The translations under genes and the position numbers were made by a program. Positions 7,761 through 15,299 of a stretch of 44,505 nucleotides of DNA are shown one piece after another (the first letter of the stretch is position 1; every line of letters begins with the position of its first letter). The stretch is taken from positions 1 through 44,505 of IMG/VR virus record IMGVR_UViG_3300048574_000139, one strand, 5' to 3'. The DNA comes from a virus. Taxonomy: Duplodnaviria; Caudoviricetes. The notes under the pieces were generated by a model. The model was given only the letters and a program-made list of their open reading frames with translations, searched no databases and was not told the origin of the DNA.

Positions 7761-7842
7761 TTGAGATTCCGCTGACCAGGTAAATCAGGTCTAGTCATTC
7801 CATCGTGGGGCGCGCATACTCAACCACGCGCAGAGGAAACAC

Positions 7843-8673
7843 ATGAGCACTTCTCTGATTCTTCGCCCCACGGGGCAACTGACCGAAACGCAGGCCGCCA
7901 TGTTGTCCGAAATGGACAACGAAGGGCTGGCCGGCTTTGACTTCAAGCCCCTGCGCATCAAGCTGCCAGCGGGCGGCAGCACCAGCGCCTTTATGCTGTC
8001 GGACGGCGACATGATCAAATCTCCGATGGATGTGATCATTGCCGTCGCTCAGCGCAAGCGCGCTTTCTACCCGTCCAAAGACCCTGTGTCCGGTCAGCCG
8101 CCGCTGTGCGCCTCGCCGGATGGTCTGGTGGGCCTTTTTGACGGCGAATCCGCCCTGGTGCAATCCGCCCTGACGTATCCCATCCGCCATCCGGCGCTGT
8201 CGGTGCTTGACCCGACGCGCATCGCCGGCCCCTGGCAGTGTGCGTCCTGCCCGCTGTCCGAGTGGGGTACGGCAGGGGACGGCTCCCGCGGCCAGTCTTG
8301 CAAGGAAAAGCGGGCGCTGCTGGTGATCGTGCGCGGGTGGGCCATGCCCGCCGTGTTGTCGCTGCCGGCCACGTCGGTCAAGGTGTGGGACGCCTTCGCG
8401 TCCGGCCTGTGGCAGCGGGGGCGGGCCTATTTCTCGCTCTGGTTGTCGTTGGAGTTGCAGAAAGAGAAAAGCAACAAGGGGACGGACTATTCCGTGCTGG
8501 TCATCAAGAGCGGTGCGGCGCTCACCGACCCCGAAGCCGCCGAGGTCATGGCGATCCGCGCCCAGTATGCCGAGCTTGTGCGCACGATGAACCTGGACGG
8601 CGACGATTACGTGGATGCCGTTGCGACCGCCGCGCCGCACGACGAAGAGGAAGAGGAACTGAATCCCTTCTGA
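7843..8673 (+). CDS. Single-stranded DNA-binding-like protein with Cys motif
   Basis: CASPDG...CASCPLSEWG...GQSCK and an acidic C-terminal tail EEEEELNPF typical of SSBs. Confidence 0.7.
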   Translation: MSTSLILRPTGQLTETQAAMLSEMDNEGLAGFDFKPLRIKLPAGGSTSAFMLSDGDMIKSPMDVIIAVAQRKRAFYPSKDPVSGQPPLCASPDGLVGLFDGESALVQSALTYPIRHPALSVLDPTRIAGPWQCASCPLSEWGTAGDGSRGQSCKEKRALLVIVRGWAMPAVLSLPATSVKVWDAFASGLWQRGRAYFSLWLSLELQKEKSNKGTDYSVLVIKSGAALTDPEAAEVMAIRAQYAELVRTMNLDGDDYVDAVATAAPHDEEEEELNPF

Positions 8674-8720
8674 TTCCAACCGGCCTGGGCCACGCCGTAA
8701 AACTGGCCCAAGGAGCAATT

Positions 8721-8981
8721 ATGGCAGAGTTTTACGTGACGATGGTCAAGGACTGCGAGGATTGCAGCGGGCAGGGCGGCGCGTATGCTGGCCCGCCGTG
8801 CCCCTCCTGCCAGGGGGCGGGAACCGAGGAAGCGTCGCTCGAACTAACCGAGGCCCTGCGTTCCCTTGGCATTCTCGACCGCCTGGCCGCGCTGGAAAGC
8901 GCCGTGCACCAGGTGGAACGCACCGCCGGACGCGCCGCCTACACCGCCAGCGCACTGGCGAACGGGATTTATCCGGACTAA
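8721..8981 (+). CDS. Small DnaJ-type zinc-finger protein
   Basis: CEDCSGQG and CPSCQGAG (CxxCxGxG) repeats. AAGGAG SD. Confidence 0.75.
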   Translation: MAEFYVTMVKDCEDCSGQGGAYAGPPCPSCQGAGTEEASLELTEALRSLGILDRLAALESAVHQVERTAGRAAYTASALANGIYPD

Positions 8982-9103
8982 CGACAACCACGCTTCCCCG
9001 CCCGCGTCAAGCGGGCAGCCCCGCCCGCCACGCCCCTGCGCTGTGGGGGCCGGCGGCGGGGGAGCATCCTCCCGGTGAGGGCCGGGGAGAGGGACAAGAA
9101 GGA

Positions 9104-9217
9104 ATGCACTGGACAGAATCGCGGCGCAAGCCGGCAACGGACGGACAAATCCAGGCGGCAATCCTGGCCGCGTCGCTGCTGATGGCAGTGGCGATGTGGC
9201 CGATGTGGCCGATGTAG
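9104..9217 (+). CDS. 37-aa single-TM peptide
   Basis: Purine-rich SD, basic N-terminus followed by a hydrophobic helix. Confidence 0.5.
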   Translation: MHWTESRRKPATDGQIQAAILAASLLMAVAMWPMWPM

Positions 9218-9331
9218 AGCAGCCAACCGCGCCTACCGGCAGGCGCGCGGCGATGGGCGGGCGGGGGCAATACCGGGGTCTTGCAGGCAGCAGACACCCC
9301 CGCCCGCTGTGAGATTGAGGGAAGGCAGACA

Positions 9332-9691
9332 ATGGCCGACGAAACCAAGGCCTACGAGTGTGAAAACTGCGAGTGCGGGCGCTCGCTGCAAGTCGAGCGG
9401 AAAGAGGACGGCGATTACCTCCTGACCTTGGTCGATCCCGAAATCGAGTTCGATGAGTGGATCAATACCGATGCATTGCGCGAGCGGCTTGTTGAGGCGG
9501 AGGAAGATGCATTCATGGTCTTCGCCAGCAACGGGATTGACGAGGGCGGCATGTTCCTCAGCGACGCCCAGATCGCCGACCTGCGCGCATGGGTAGACAT
9601 CGCACCGCCGGCCAAGCCGGTGACCGCTGACCAGGTGCGCGCCATGTTTGCCGCGATGGACAAGGCGGCGGAGACAAGAGGGGGACGATGA
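9332..9691 (+). CDS. Acidic hypothetical protein
   Basis: ORF from ATG 9332, ATGA-coupled to the next gene. Confidence 0.65.
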   Translation: MADETKAYECENCECGRSLQVERKEDGDYLLTLVDPEIEFDEWINTDALRERLVEAEEDAFMVFASNGIDEGGMFLSDAQIADLRAWVDIAPPAKPVTADQVRAMFAAMDKAAETRGGR

Positions 9692-9924
9692 GAGGACTCG
9701 TCAGAGCAACGCACTACTACGCCACACAGCAGGCGCGGAGCGATTGGGCGCAACTGGCGGAGTATGCCGCCGCGAACGGATACAGTGACAAGGCCGACGC
9801 GTTGCAGCCGCCAGTTGGCGCAGGGCACAGAACCATCGACAAGCGCATCGATGCACTTATGCACGCAATGGGGATGACGATACCCTTTTACGAATGGCAG
9901 AACGCGCAACGGAAAGCGGACTAA
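9688..9924 (+). CDS. Hypothetical protein
   Basis: Translationally coupled ORF. Confidence 0.6.
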   Translation: MRGLVRATHYYATQQARSDWAQLAEYAAANGYSDKADALQPPVGAGHRTIDKRIDALMHAMGMTIPFYEWQNAQRKAD

Positions 9925-9928
9925 CACC

Positions 9929-10360
9929 ATGACCACACCCATCACGCTCTTTGACCTGCCCGAACCGCTGTTCCCGCACACCGCGCCGACCGACCCGCGC
10001 CCGGAGCAGCTAAAGACGATGCACGGTGACTATGGCCTGACTCCCGGCCAGACGTGCGGCGGCTGCGTTCACTGTGCGCTGCGTCCTGGCAACAAGCGCA
10101 GCTACTACAAATGCACGCTCTTTGGCCGCTACACCAGCGGCCCCGGCACGGACTGGCGCAAGAAGTGGCCGGCGTGCGGCGGCTGGTTGGGCAATGCGGA
10201 ACACCCGCTACCGGAACACTGGGTATTGCAACGCGCACCAGATGGCCGCTGGCAGGCAAGTGACGGCTTCCATGCCACACCCCTACACACCCGGCGCGAG
10301 GATGCGATTGCAGCGGCGCAGCAGGCTGTGGCGCGGTGGAAGACGGAAGGCAAACCATGA
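9929..10360 (+). CDS. Cys-rich hypothetical phage protein
   Basis: TCGGCVHC...YYKC...TDWRKKWPACG metal-binding-like motif. Confidence 0.7.
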   Translation: MTTPITLFDLPEPLFPHTAPTDPRPEQLKTMHGDYGLTPGQTCGGCVHCALRPGNKRSYYKCTLFGRYTSGPGTDWRKKWPACGGWLGNAEHPLPEHWVLQRAPDGRWQASDGFHATPLHTRREDAIAAAQQAVARWKTEGKP

Positions 10361-10581
10361 CCACCACCACCACCACCGCCCACCTGCGCGCCATCCCCGA
10401 CGATGCGCCGGCCAGCATGTTCGCCCCGCAGCCGGTGGCCCCGTACCGGGCTGGCTTCGAGGATGCGACCTACGACCGCTGCTGGTTCTGCCCGTACCGC
10501 GCCGGCAGCCGCGAGGCGCGGGAGTACGCGGCGGGGCACGAGGCGGCGGGGGAGATGAGGAAGGAAGGAAGGGGACTATGA
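10357..10581 (+). CDS. Small protein with Rmf-like motif
   Basis: YRAGFEDA...CPY...EYAAGHEA resembles the G..A...CPY...W..GW pattern of ribosome modulation factor. Confidence 0.5.
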   Translation: MTTTTTTAHLRAIPDDAPASMFAPQPVAPYRAGFEDATYDRCWFCPYRAGSREAREYAAGHEAAGEMRKEGRGL

Positions 10582-10949
10582 CCACCGCCGAACTATTCGT
10601 CCAACTGCGCCAGCAGCTCACCGCCGCCGCACAACCTGGCCTGGCAGGCGTGCGGGCGCTCGCAGCCGCTGCGCAGACCGCCGCCGAACTGGAGGACGCC
10701 GTGCGCCTGATAGAGCAGCGCCACGCCGACCGCGAAGCCGTGCGGCTGGGCCACATCGTGCGCCACGCGCTGGCGCCTGAGCAATACTACCGCGCAGAGC
10801 AGGCGGCGCGGGCCGAGCACCCGGAGGCGTGGGTGGGCCGGCTGCCGGCAGTGCTGGAGGGGGTGGGCCGGCTGCCGGCAGTGCTGGAGGGGGTGGGCCG
10901 GCTGCCGGCAGTGCTGGAGGGGGTGGTGGCGTGCACAAATCCTATTTGA
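10578..10949 (+). CDS. Hypothetical protein with C-terminal VGRLPAVLEG x3
   Basis: ATGA-coupled start at 10578. Confidence 0.6.
   Translation: MTTAELFVQLRQQLTAAAQPGLAGVRALAAAAQTAAELEDAVRLIEQRHADREAVRLGHIVRHALAPEQYYRAEQAARAEHPEAWVGRLPAVLEGVGRLPAVLEGVGRLPAVLEGVVACTNPI
10831..10926 (+). repeat. Perfect 30-bp tandem repeat x3.2
   Basis: GGGTGGGCCGGCTGCCGGCAGTGCTGGAGG at 10831, 10861 and 10891. Confidence 0.95.
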
Positions 10950-12376
10950 CCGTGACCGATCAGTTTTGTGGCGCTGGTGGTTCGTCCATCGGAGCTACGG
11001 CTGCCGGCGCAGAGTTGCGGCTGGCGCTGAATCACTGGGAGTTGGCGATCAACACCCACAACAGCAATTTCCCAAACGCTGCCCACGACTGCACCGACAT
11101 CAGCGCCTGCAACCCGCGGCGCTATCCGGCAACCGACATCCTCATCGCATCGCCGGAATGCACCAATCACAGCCTGGCCAAGGGCAAGCGCAGGCCGCAA
11201 CAGTCTGACCTGTTTGGCAACGGCCCCGACCCCGCCGAGGAACGCAGCCGGGCCACCATGTGGGATGTGCCCCGCTTCGCCGAGGTGCACCGCTACAATG
11301 CCATCGTGGTCGAGAATGTGGTCGATGCCCGCCAATGGGTCAACTGGACGGCGTGGCTGTTGGCTATGCGGCAACTCGGCTACGACTACAAGACCGTCTT
11401 CCTCAATAGCATGTTTGCCCACCCGACGCCGCAGTCGCGGGATAGGATGTACGTCGTCTTCTGGCGCAAGGGCAACAAGGCGCCTGACCTCGACATCCGG
11501 CCCGCCGCCTGGTGCGAGAAGTGCGGGCGCGACGTAGAAGCCGTGCAGGCGTGGAAGCAGGGGCGGCGCGCCGGCAAATACCGTGTGCAGTACGCCTACT
11601 CGTGCCCTATGTGCGCTAGTGCCGTCGAGCCTTACTACTACTGCGCAGCGTCGGCTATTGACTGGTCGCTGCCCTGCCCGCGCATCGGCGACCGGACGCA
11701 GCCGCTCAAGGAGAAGACGCTGGCGCGCATCCGGGCCGGCCTGGAGAAATTCGGGCGGCAAGCGATGGCCGTGGACACCTCCTTTGGCGACGGCGACCGC
11801 GCCGCGCTGCTCACTGACCCCATGCGCACGCAGACCACGCGGCAGACCATCGGCATGACCGTGCCGCCGTTCCTCATGGACACCGTTCACAACGGGCGCT
11901 ATGGCCGGCATCAAGACCTGGTGTGGAGCGTCACCGGACCTGACCGCACGCAGATAGCCCAGAACACCAAGGCGCTTATCGTCCCCTATTACAGCACAGG
12001 CGCGGCCAGCACCACAGACGGGCCGCTGCCCACCGTGACAACGGTCGACCGCCTCGCCCTGGCGATTCCGCCCTTCCTGCTCGGCTACTACACGCGCCCT
12101 GGCGGCCAGCAGGCGGCGATCAGCGGGATTGACGAACCCGTGCCCACGCAGAGCACGCAGCCGCGGCACTACCTCGTGCAGCCTGGCGAAGTGCCCGCCG
12201 TCGAGGATTGCGGTTTTCGGATGCTCCAGCCGCACGAGATACAGGCGGCGATGGCGTTCCCGGCTGACTACACGGTGCTAGGCAACAAGCGGGAGCAGGT
12301 GCGCCAGCTCGGCAACGCGGTTACGCCGCCGGCGATGGCGATCCTGATGCGGCGGATCGTGGAGACATTTCAGTGA
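10931..12376 (+). CDS. DNA (cytosine-5) methyltransferase
   Basis: Motif I DQFCGAGG, motif IV SPECTNHS, motif VI ENV, QSRDR and motif X QLGNAV. Internal CxxC...CxxC. GTG start after GGAGG. Confidence 0.95.
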   Translation: MHKSYLTVTDQFCGAGGSSIGATAAGAELRLALNHWELAINTHNSNFPNAAHDCTDISACNPRRYPATDILIASPECTNHSLAKGKRRPQQSDLFGNGPDPAEERSRATMWDVPRFAEVHRYNAIVVENVVDARQWVNWTAWLLAMRQLGYDYKTVFLNSMFAHPTPQSRDRMYVVFWRKGNKAPDLDIRPAAWCEKCGRDVEAVQAWKQGRRAGKYRVQYAYSCPMCASAVEPYYYCAASAIDWSLPCPRIGDRTQPLKEKTLARIRAGLEKFGRQAMAVDTSFGDGDRAALLTDPMRTQTTRQTIGMTVPPFLMDTVHNGRYGRHQDLVWSVTGPDRTQIAQNTKALIVPYYSTGAASTTDGPLPTVTTVDRLALAIPPFLLGYYTRPGGQQAAISGIDEPVPTQSTQPRHYLVQPGEVPAVEDCGFRMLQPHEIQAAMAFPADYTVLGNKREQVRQLGNAVTPPAMAILMRRIVETFQ

Positions 12377-12383
12377 GGCAACC

Positions 12384-12623
12384 ATGAAACGACGCAACAC
12401 CCAGGCCGAGATCACCGACATAAGCTGGAACCACCTCCCGGCAACCGTGGTTTTCCAAGCGCACGCCGACGGCTGGGAGGCTGTGCGCCGCACAAACTAC
12501 GGCCATGTAGAGATGCAGAGCAACCGCCCCAGCAACACTACCTACCTGTGGTTTGTCTGGCGTGGCCGCATGCACCAGCGCCGCGCCGCCGCCGACCTCG
12601 CCTGGGCGCGCTGTTTCGAGTAG
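12384..12623 (+). CDS. Hypothetical protein
   Basis: GAGG SD, ORF within the operon. Confidence 0.55.
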   Translation: MKRRNTQAEITDISWNHLPATVVFQAHADGWEAVRRTNYGHVEMQSNRPSNTTYLWFVWRGRMHQRRAAADLAWARCFE

Positions 12624-12657
12624 TGCTAATCACCGTTATTTGCACTGGAGGAAAACA

Positions 12658-13158
12658 GTGAGCGACACATATATCGAATCGTCAGACAAGTCGATCTTTA
12701 TCGAGCAACCCGCAACAGGATTGAAACTGTACGCCAGACACGTAGCATCTGGCGTAGAACTGCGCATCCAGACAGACAGCGTGCATCTGGCAATCAACCT
12801 GGGAGACTACACCGCGGAGGAACTTGCGAACTGGTTTTCGCCTCAACTGCGCAACGCCATGCTTGCTGCCACCGCCCGCGCCGAGGCAGCGGAGCGCGAG
12901 CGCGACGCACTGCGCGCCGAATGTGAGGAGTGGCGCGAAAACTACGCCGCGCTGGAAGCCGTCGCTATTGCCTCCGAACGCGAGCGCAAAACGGCGGAGG
13001 CCGCGCTGGCCGCCGTGCCGGTGGATGCGATTCGCTGCTACATGCGCTACAGCGACGTACCCGACCACCATCACCGCTACCCCGACGCGGAGCAGCAGGC
13101 AGACCGCGCTGTTATTGCGTTATGGCTGGCACAGCAGCAGCCGGAGGTGCAGCCGTGA
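12658..13158 (+). CDS. Cassette gene 1 (unique N-domain, shared coiled coil, ends EVQP)
   Basis: GGAGG SD and GTG start. Contains the ATARAEAAERERD repeat. Confidence 0.7.
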   Translation: MSDTYIESSDKSIFIEQPATGLKLYARHVASGVELRIQTDSVHLAINLGDYTAEELANWFSPQLRNAMLAATARAEAAERERDALRAECEEWRENYAALEAVAIASERERKTAEAALAAVPVDAIRCYMRYSDVPDHHHRYPDAEQQADRAVIALWLAQQQPEVQP

Positions 13159-13480
13159 GCGAAGGGCTGACCTACACCGAAGCCAAGAAGATCGTTAATG
13201 ACTGGCGAAAAGACTTTGCCTGTAACGTCTCGGAGGGATATATCATCAGCGCCTTTCTTGATGATGCGTTCATCATCAAGAAATTGCGCACCGACCTTGC
13301 CGCCGCCACCGCCCGCGCCGAAGCAGCAGAGCGCGAGCGCGACGCACTGCGCACCGAATGTGAGGAGTGGCGCGAAAACTACGCCGCGCTGGAGGCCGTT
13401 GCAATTGCCTCCGAACGCGAGCGCCAGGCAGCCGAGGCCGCGCTCGCCGCCGTGCCGGTGGAGGCGATCCGCCGCTACTT
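12862..13480 (+). repeat. ~175-bp imperfect direct repeat (about 12862-13040 and 13299-13478) with a short third copy at ~13735-13771
   Basis: Both long copies encode ATARAEAAERERDALRxECEEWRENYAALEAVAIASERERxxAEAALAAVPVxAIR. Differences are mostly synonymous. Confidence 0.9.
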
Positions 13481-13595
13481 CGACCAGTCTGACGCACTTG
13501 CTGCTGTGGAGGCCGGCGAGTACGACATGCACGAAGGGATGTCGGATTGCCAAGGAATTACCGAATGGCTGGAAGCGCAGGAGGTGCAACCGTGA
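13155..13595 (+). CDS. Cassette gene 2 (ends EVQP)
   Basis: GTG start within the junction repeat, shared coiled-coil segment. Confidence 0.72.
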   Translation: MSEGLTYTEAKKIVNDWRKDFACNVSEGYIISAFLDDAFIIKKLRTDLAAATARAEAAERERDALRTECEEWRENYAALEAVAIASERERQAAEAALAAVPVEAIRRYFDQSDALAAVEAGEYDMHEGMSDCQGITEWLEAQEVQP

Positions 13596-13888
13596 GCTAC
13601 GACAATCTGCGTGCCAGGCATGAAGAACAGCGCCGGCAGGTGTTGCGGGCGCTCGACAAAGCGCACAGTGACGAATTGGCCCTGAATCGGATGGTCGACG
13701 ATTTAGGCGCAGAGCGTGACCAGTTGCGCGCCGACCTTGCCACCGCCACCGCCCGCGCCGAGGCCGCGGAGGCGAAGGTAGTTGCGGCAAGCGATTTGGT
13801 GTACGAACTTATCGGAGAATTGTGTGATGCAACTGGTCGAACCAGGGCAGAAGTTGAGGCGGATTTTCTTGGCGAGGTGCAGCCGTGA
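13592..13888 (+). CDS. Cassette gene 3 (coiled coil, ends EVQP)
   Basis: GTG start within the junction repeat, short ATARAEAAE copy. Confidence 0.72.
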   Translation: MSYDNLRARHEEQRRQVLRALDKAHSDELALNRMVDDLGAERDQLRADLATATARAEAAEAKVVAASDLVYELIGELCDATGRTRAEVEADFLGEVQP

Positions 13889-14109
13889 CACTCAAATTCT
13901 GGCTGATCGTTGATCGGGAAGGGAACATTTCCGTTCGCAAGCGCACGCCAACCTATGGCGCACTGGCGGAAAACGAAGTCGCAATTCCGCTCACCGTGCG
14001 AGTACCAGATTCCTGGTTCAGCCGCCATGCTAGTGTGCTTGAAATCGACGTGCCGGAGCCGCCGAGCAGCAAGGACATGACAGTAGATGTAGGCGAGGTG
14101 CAGCCGTGA
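13885..14109 (+). CDS. Cassette gene 4 (beta-rich, ends EVQP)
   Basis: GTG start within the junction repeat. Confidence 0.7.
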   Translation: MTLKFWLIVDREGNISVRKRTPTYGALAENEVAIPLTVRVPDSWFSRHASVLEIDVPEPPSSKDMTVDVGEVQP

Positions 14110-14423
14110 GCGACAGCGAACTGGCGATATGGTGGCTGTCCCAGGCGGACTGTGAGGCACTCGGAAATTTCCTACCCAGTGCAATGCCGACATACATTCG
14201 GAACGAGTACCGTTCGCTTCTGGGGCGTGCAGGGCGCGGGCGTCTGTGGGTATCTGAAGAGTTAAGCCTGCCCGACGATTTCAACATCTCATGGCCCGAT
14301 ACCACCCTGGCCGCCCGCCTGGCGGATGACTATGGCGGCATTGTCATCCGTGAGGAGGATTTGCGGATGCTCGCGGCCCTGCCAGGGATAACTACTGATC
14401 TTGAGTTGTGGCGAGTCAGATAA
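14106..14423 (+). CDS. Cassette gene 5, hypothetical protein
   Basis: GTG start within the junction repeat, last gene before the hairpin cluster. Confidence 0.65.
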   Translation: MSDSELAIWWLSQADCEALGNFLPSAMPTYIRNEYRSLLGRAGRGRLWVSEELSLPDDFNISWPDTTLAARLADDYGGIVIREEDLRMLAALPGITTDLELWRVR

Positions 14424-14553
14424 CCACAGTATTGCTAAGGAGGACACCCGCTACTAGCGCCCTCTACACCCACAGCAACAACGGGGCGCTACGAACGCCC
14501 CGTTTCGCCAACCGGCCCGCCGCCTGCAAAGGCCCAGGCAGCCGGCATAACTC

Positions 14554-14594
14554 GCAAAGGCCGCCTGCCGTTAGGGAGCACAGGCGGCTTTTGC
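14554..14594 (+). terminator. Terminator-like hairpin between early and late regions
   Basis: GCAAAGGCCGCCTG / CAGGCGGCTTTTGC stem. A second hairpin AACGGGGCG/CGCCCCGTT lies at 14480-14504. Confidence 0.6.
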
Positions 14595-14636
14595 TTACAA
14601 GTCGCTGACACCCTGCCCGCGCAGGCTTGCCAGCGG

Positions 14637-14645
14637 TGATACAAT
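14637..14645 (+). promoter_or_regulatory. Extended -10 element, candidate late promoter
   Basis: TGaTACAAT about 40 bp before the first late gene. No consensus -35. Confidence 0.5.
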
Positions 14646-14687
14646 GACATAAAGACATTGCTTTCAGTGAGGGGGAGGGGGAGGGTG

Positions 14688-14969
14688 ATGGACGAACAGG
14701 CAACCGGCGCACCCGCGCCCAGCTACATCAGCGACAAGGTGTTGGAGGACGCGGCCACGCATCCAGCGTACATGAACATCATGTTCTGGACGGCGATTGC
14801 AGTGGCCGTCATCGGCGGCGGTGCGCTGCTGGCAATGTTCGTCCTGGCGTGGTTCGACAAGCCGATTCCCGACGGCATGGGCGCGGCGCTGCAATGGGCG
14901 CTGCTGATCCTGGGCGTGCTGCTGGTGGGCGAGGCGCTGTTGGGAAAGGTGACGGTGAACCGTGCATGA
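14688..14969 (+). CDS. Two-TM membrane protein, holin-like
   Basis: Two long hydrophobic helices separated by DKPIPDG. Strong SD. Confidence 0.6.
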   Translation: MDEQATGAPAPSYISDKVLEDAATHPAYMNIMFWTAIAVAVIGGGALLAMFVLAWFDKPIPDGMGAALQWALLILGVLLVGEALLGKVTVNRA

Positions 14970-15008
14970 CCTCTTTTTGCGCCTGCTGATCGTGTCGGTC
15001 GGCGCGCC

Positions 15009-15290
15009 ATGAATGACGCCCGCTATGATCCCGACGCGCCGGAAGCGTGGTGCGACGCCGTGGCGGAACTGGGGGCCACCATGCCGCGCGACCTGCGCAC
15101 CGCCGACCAGCGCGCACAGGACGAACTGGCCGCGCTTGCCTTGCGCTGCGACAGCCTGCAAGAGCAACTGGCGGTTGCCGCGCGCCAGATCGGGGCGCTG
15201 GAAGAACGCGAACGGGCGCACGCGGCGGCTATTGAGCGCCTGGCCGACATGGTGCAAGCGTTGGCGGCGCGGGCAGGGGAAGGGGAGTAG
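15009..15290 (+). CDS. Coiled-coil hypothetical protein
   Basis: Heptad-rich ORF within the operon. Confidence 0.6.
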   Translation: MNDARYDPDAPEAWCDAVAELGATMPRDLRTADQRAQDELAALALRCDSLQEQLAVAARQIGALEERERAHAAAIERLADMVQALAARAGEGE

Positions 15291-15299
15291 GGGGGGATC

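Larger units (their letters stand above)
13144..14109 (+). repeat. Four 15-bp junction repeats GAGGTGCA(G/A)CCGTGA
   Basis: At 13144-13158, 13581-13595, 13874-13888 and 14095-14109. Each holds SD + EVQP + overlapping GTG/TGA. Confidence 0.92.

Noticed and set aside
8982-9331. tRNA or known ribozyme in the structured spacers
   Set aside because: No T-loop/D-loop consensus or hammerhead core found by eye.
10831-10926. 30-bp repeats as a CRISPR array
   Set aside because: The repeats are head-to-tail with no spacers, and no cas genes are present.
10829-10930. Gly-rich N-terminal extension of the C5 MTase
   Set aside because: It is only the VNTR read in another frame. The SD and motif I position favour GTG 10931.
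12862-13480. Repeat pair as diversity-generating retroelement TR/VR
   Set aside because: Mismatches are mostly synonymous and not adenine-specific, both copies are mid-gene, and no reverse transcriptase is in the window.
13144-14109. Junction repeats as CRISPR repeats or integron attC sites
   Set aside because: They are only 15 bp, spaced 220-440 bp apart by coding genes, and lack attC palindromic structure.
14520-14600. c-di-GMP-I riboswitch (GCAAA motif)
   Set aside because: The GNRA-capped P2 and matching receptor architecture are not evident.
14688-15290. Complete lysis cassette
   Set aside because: There is no endolysin motif nearby or elsewhere in the window. The holin call rests on hydrophobicity alone.
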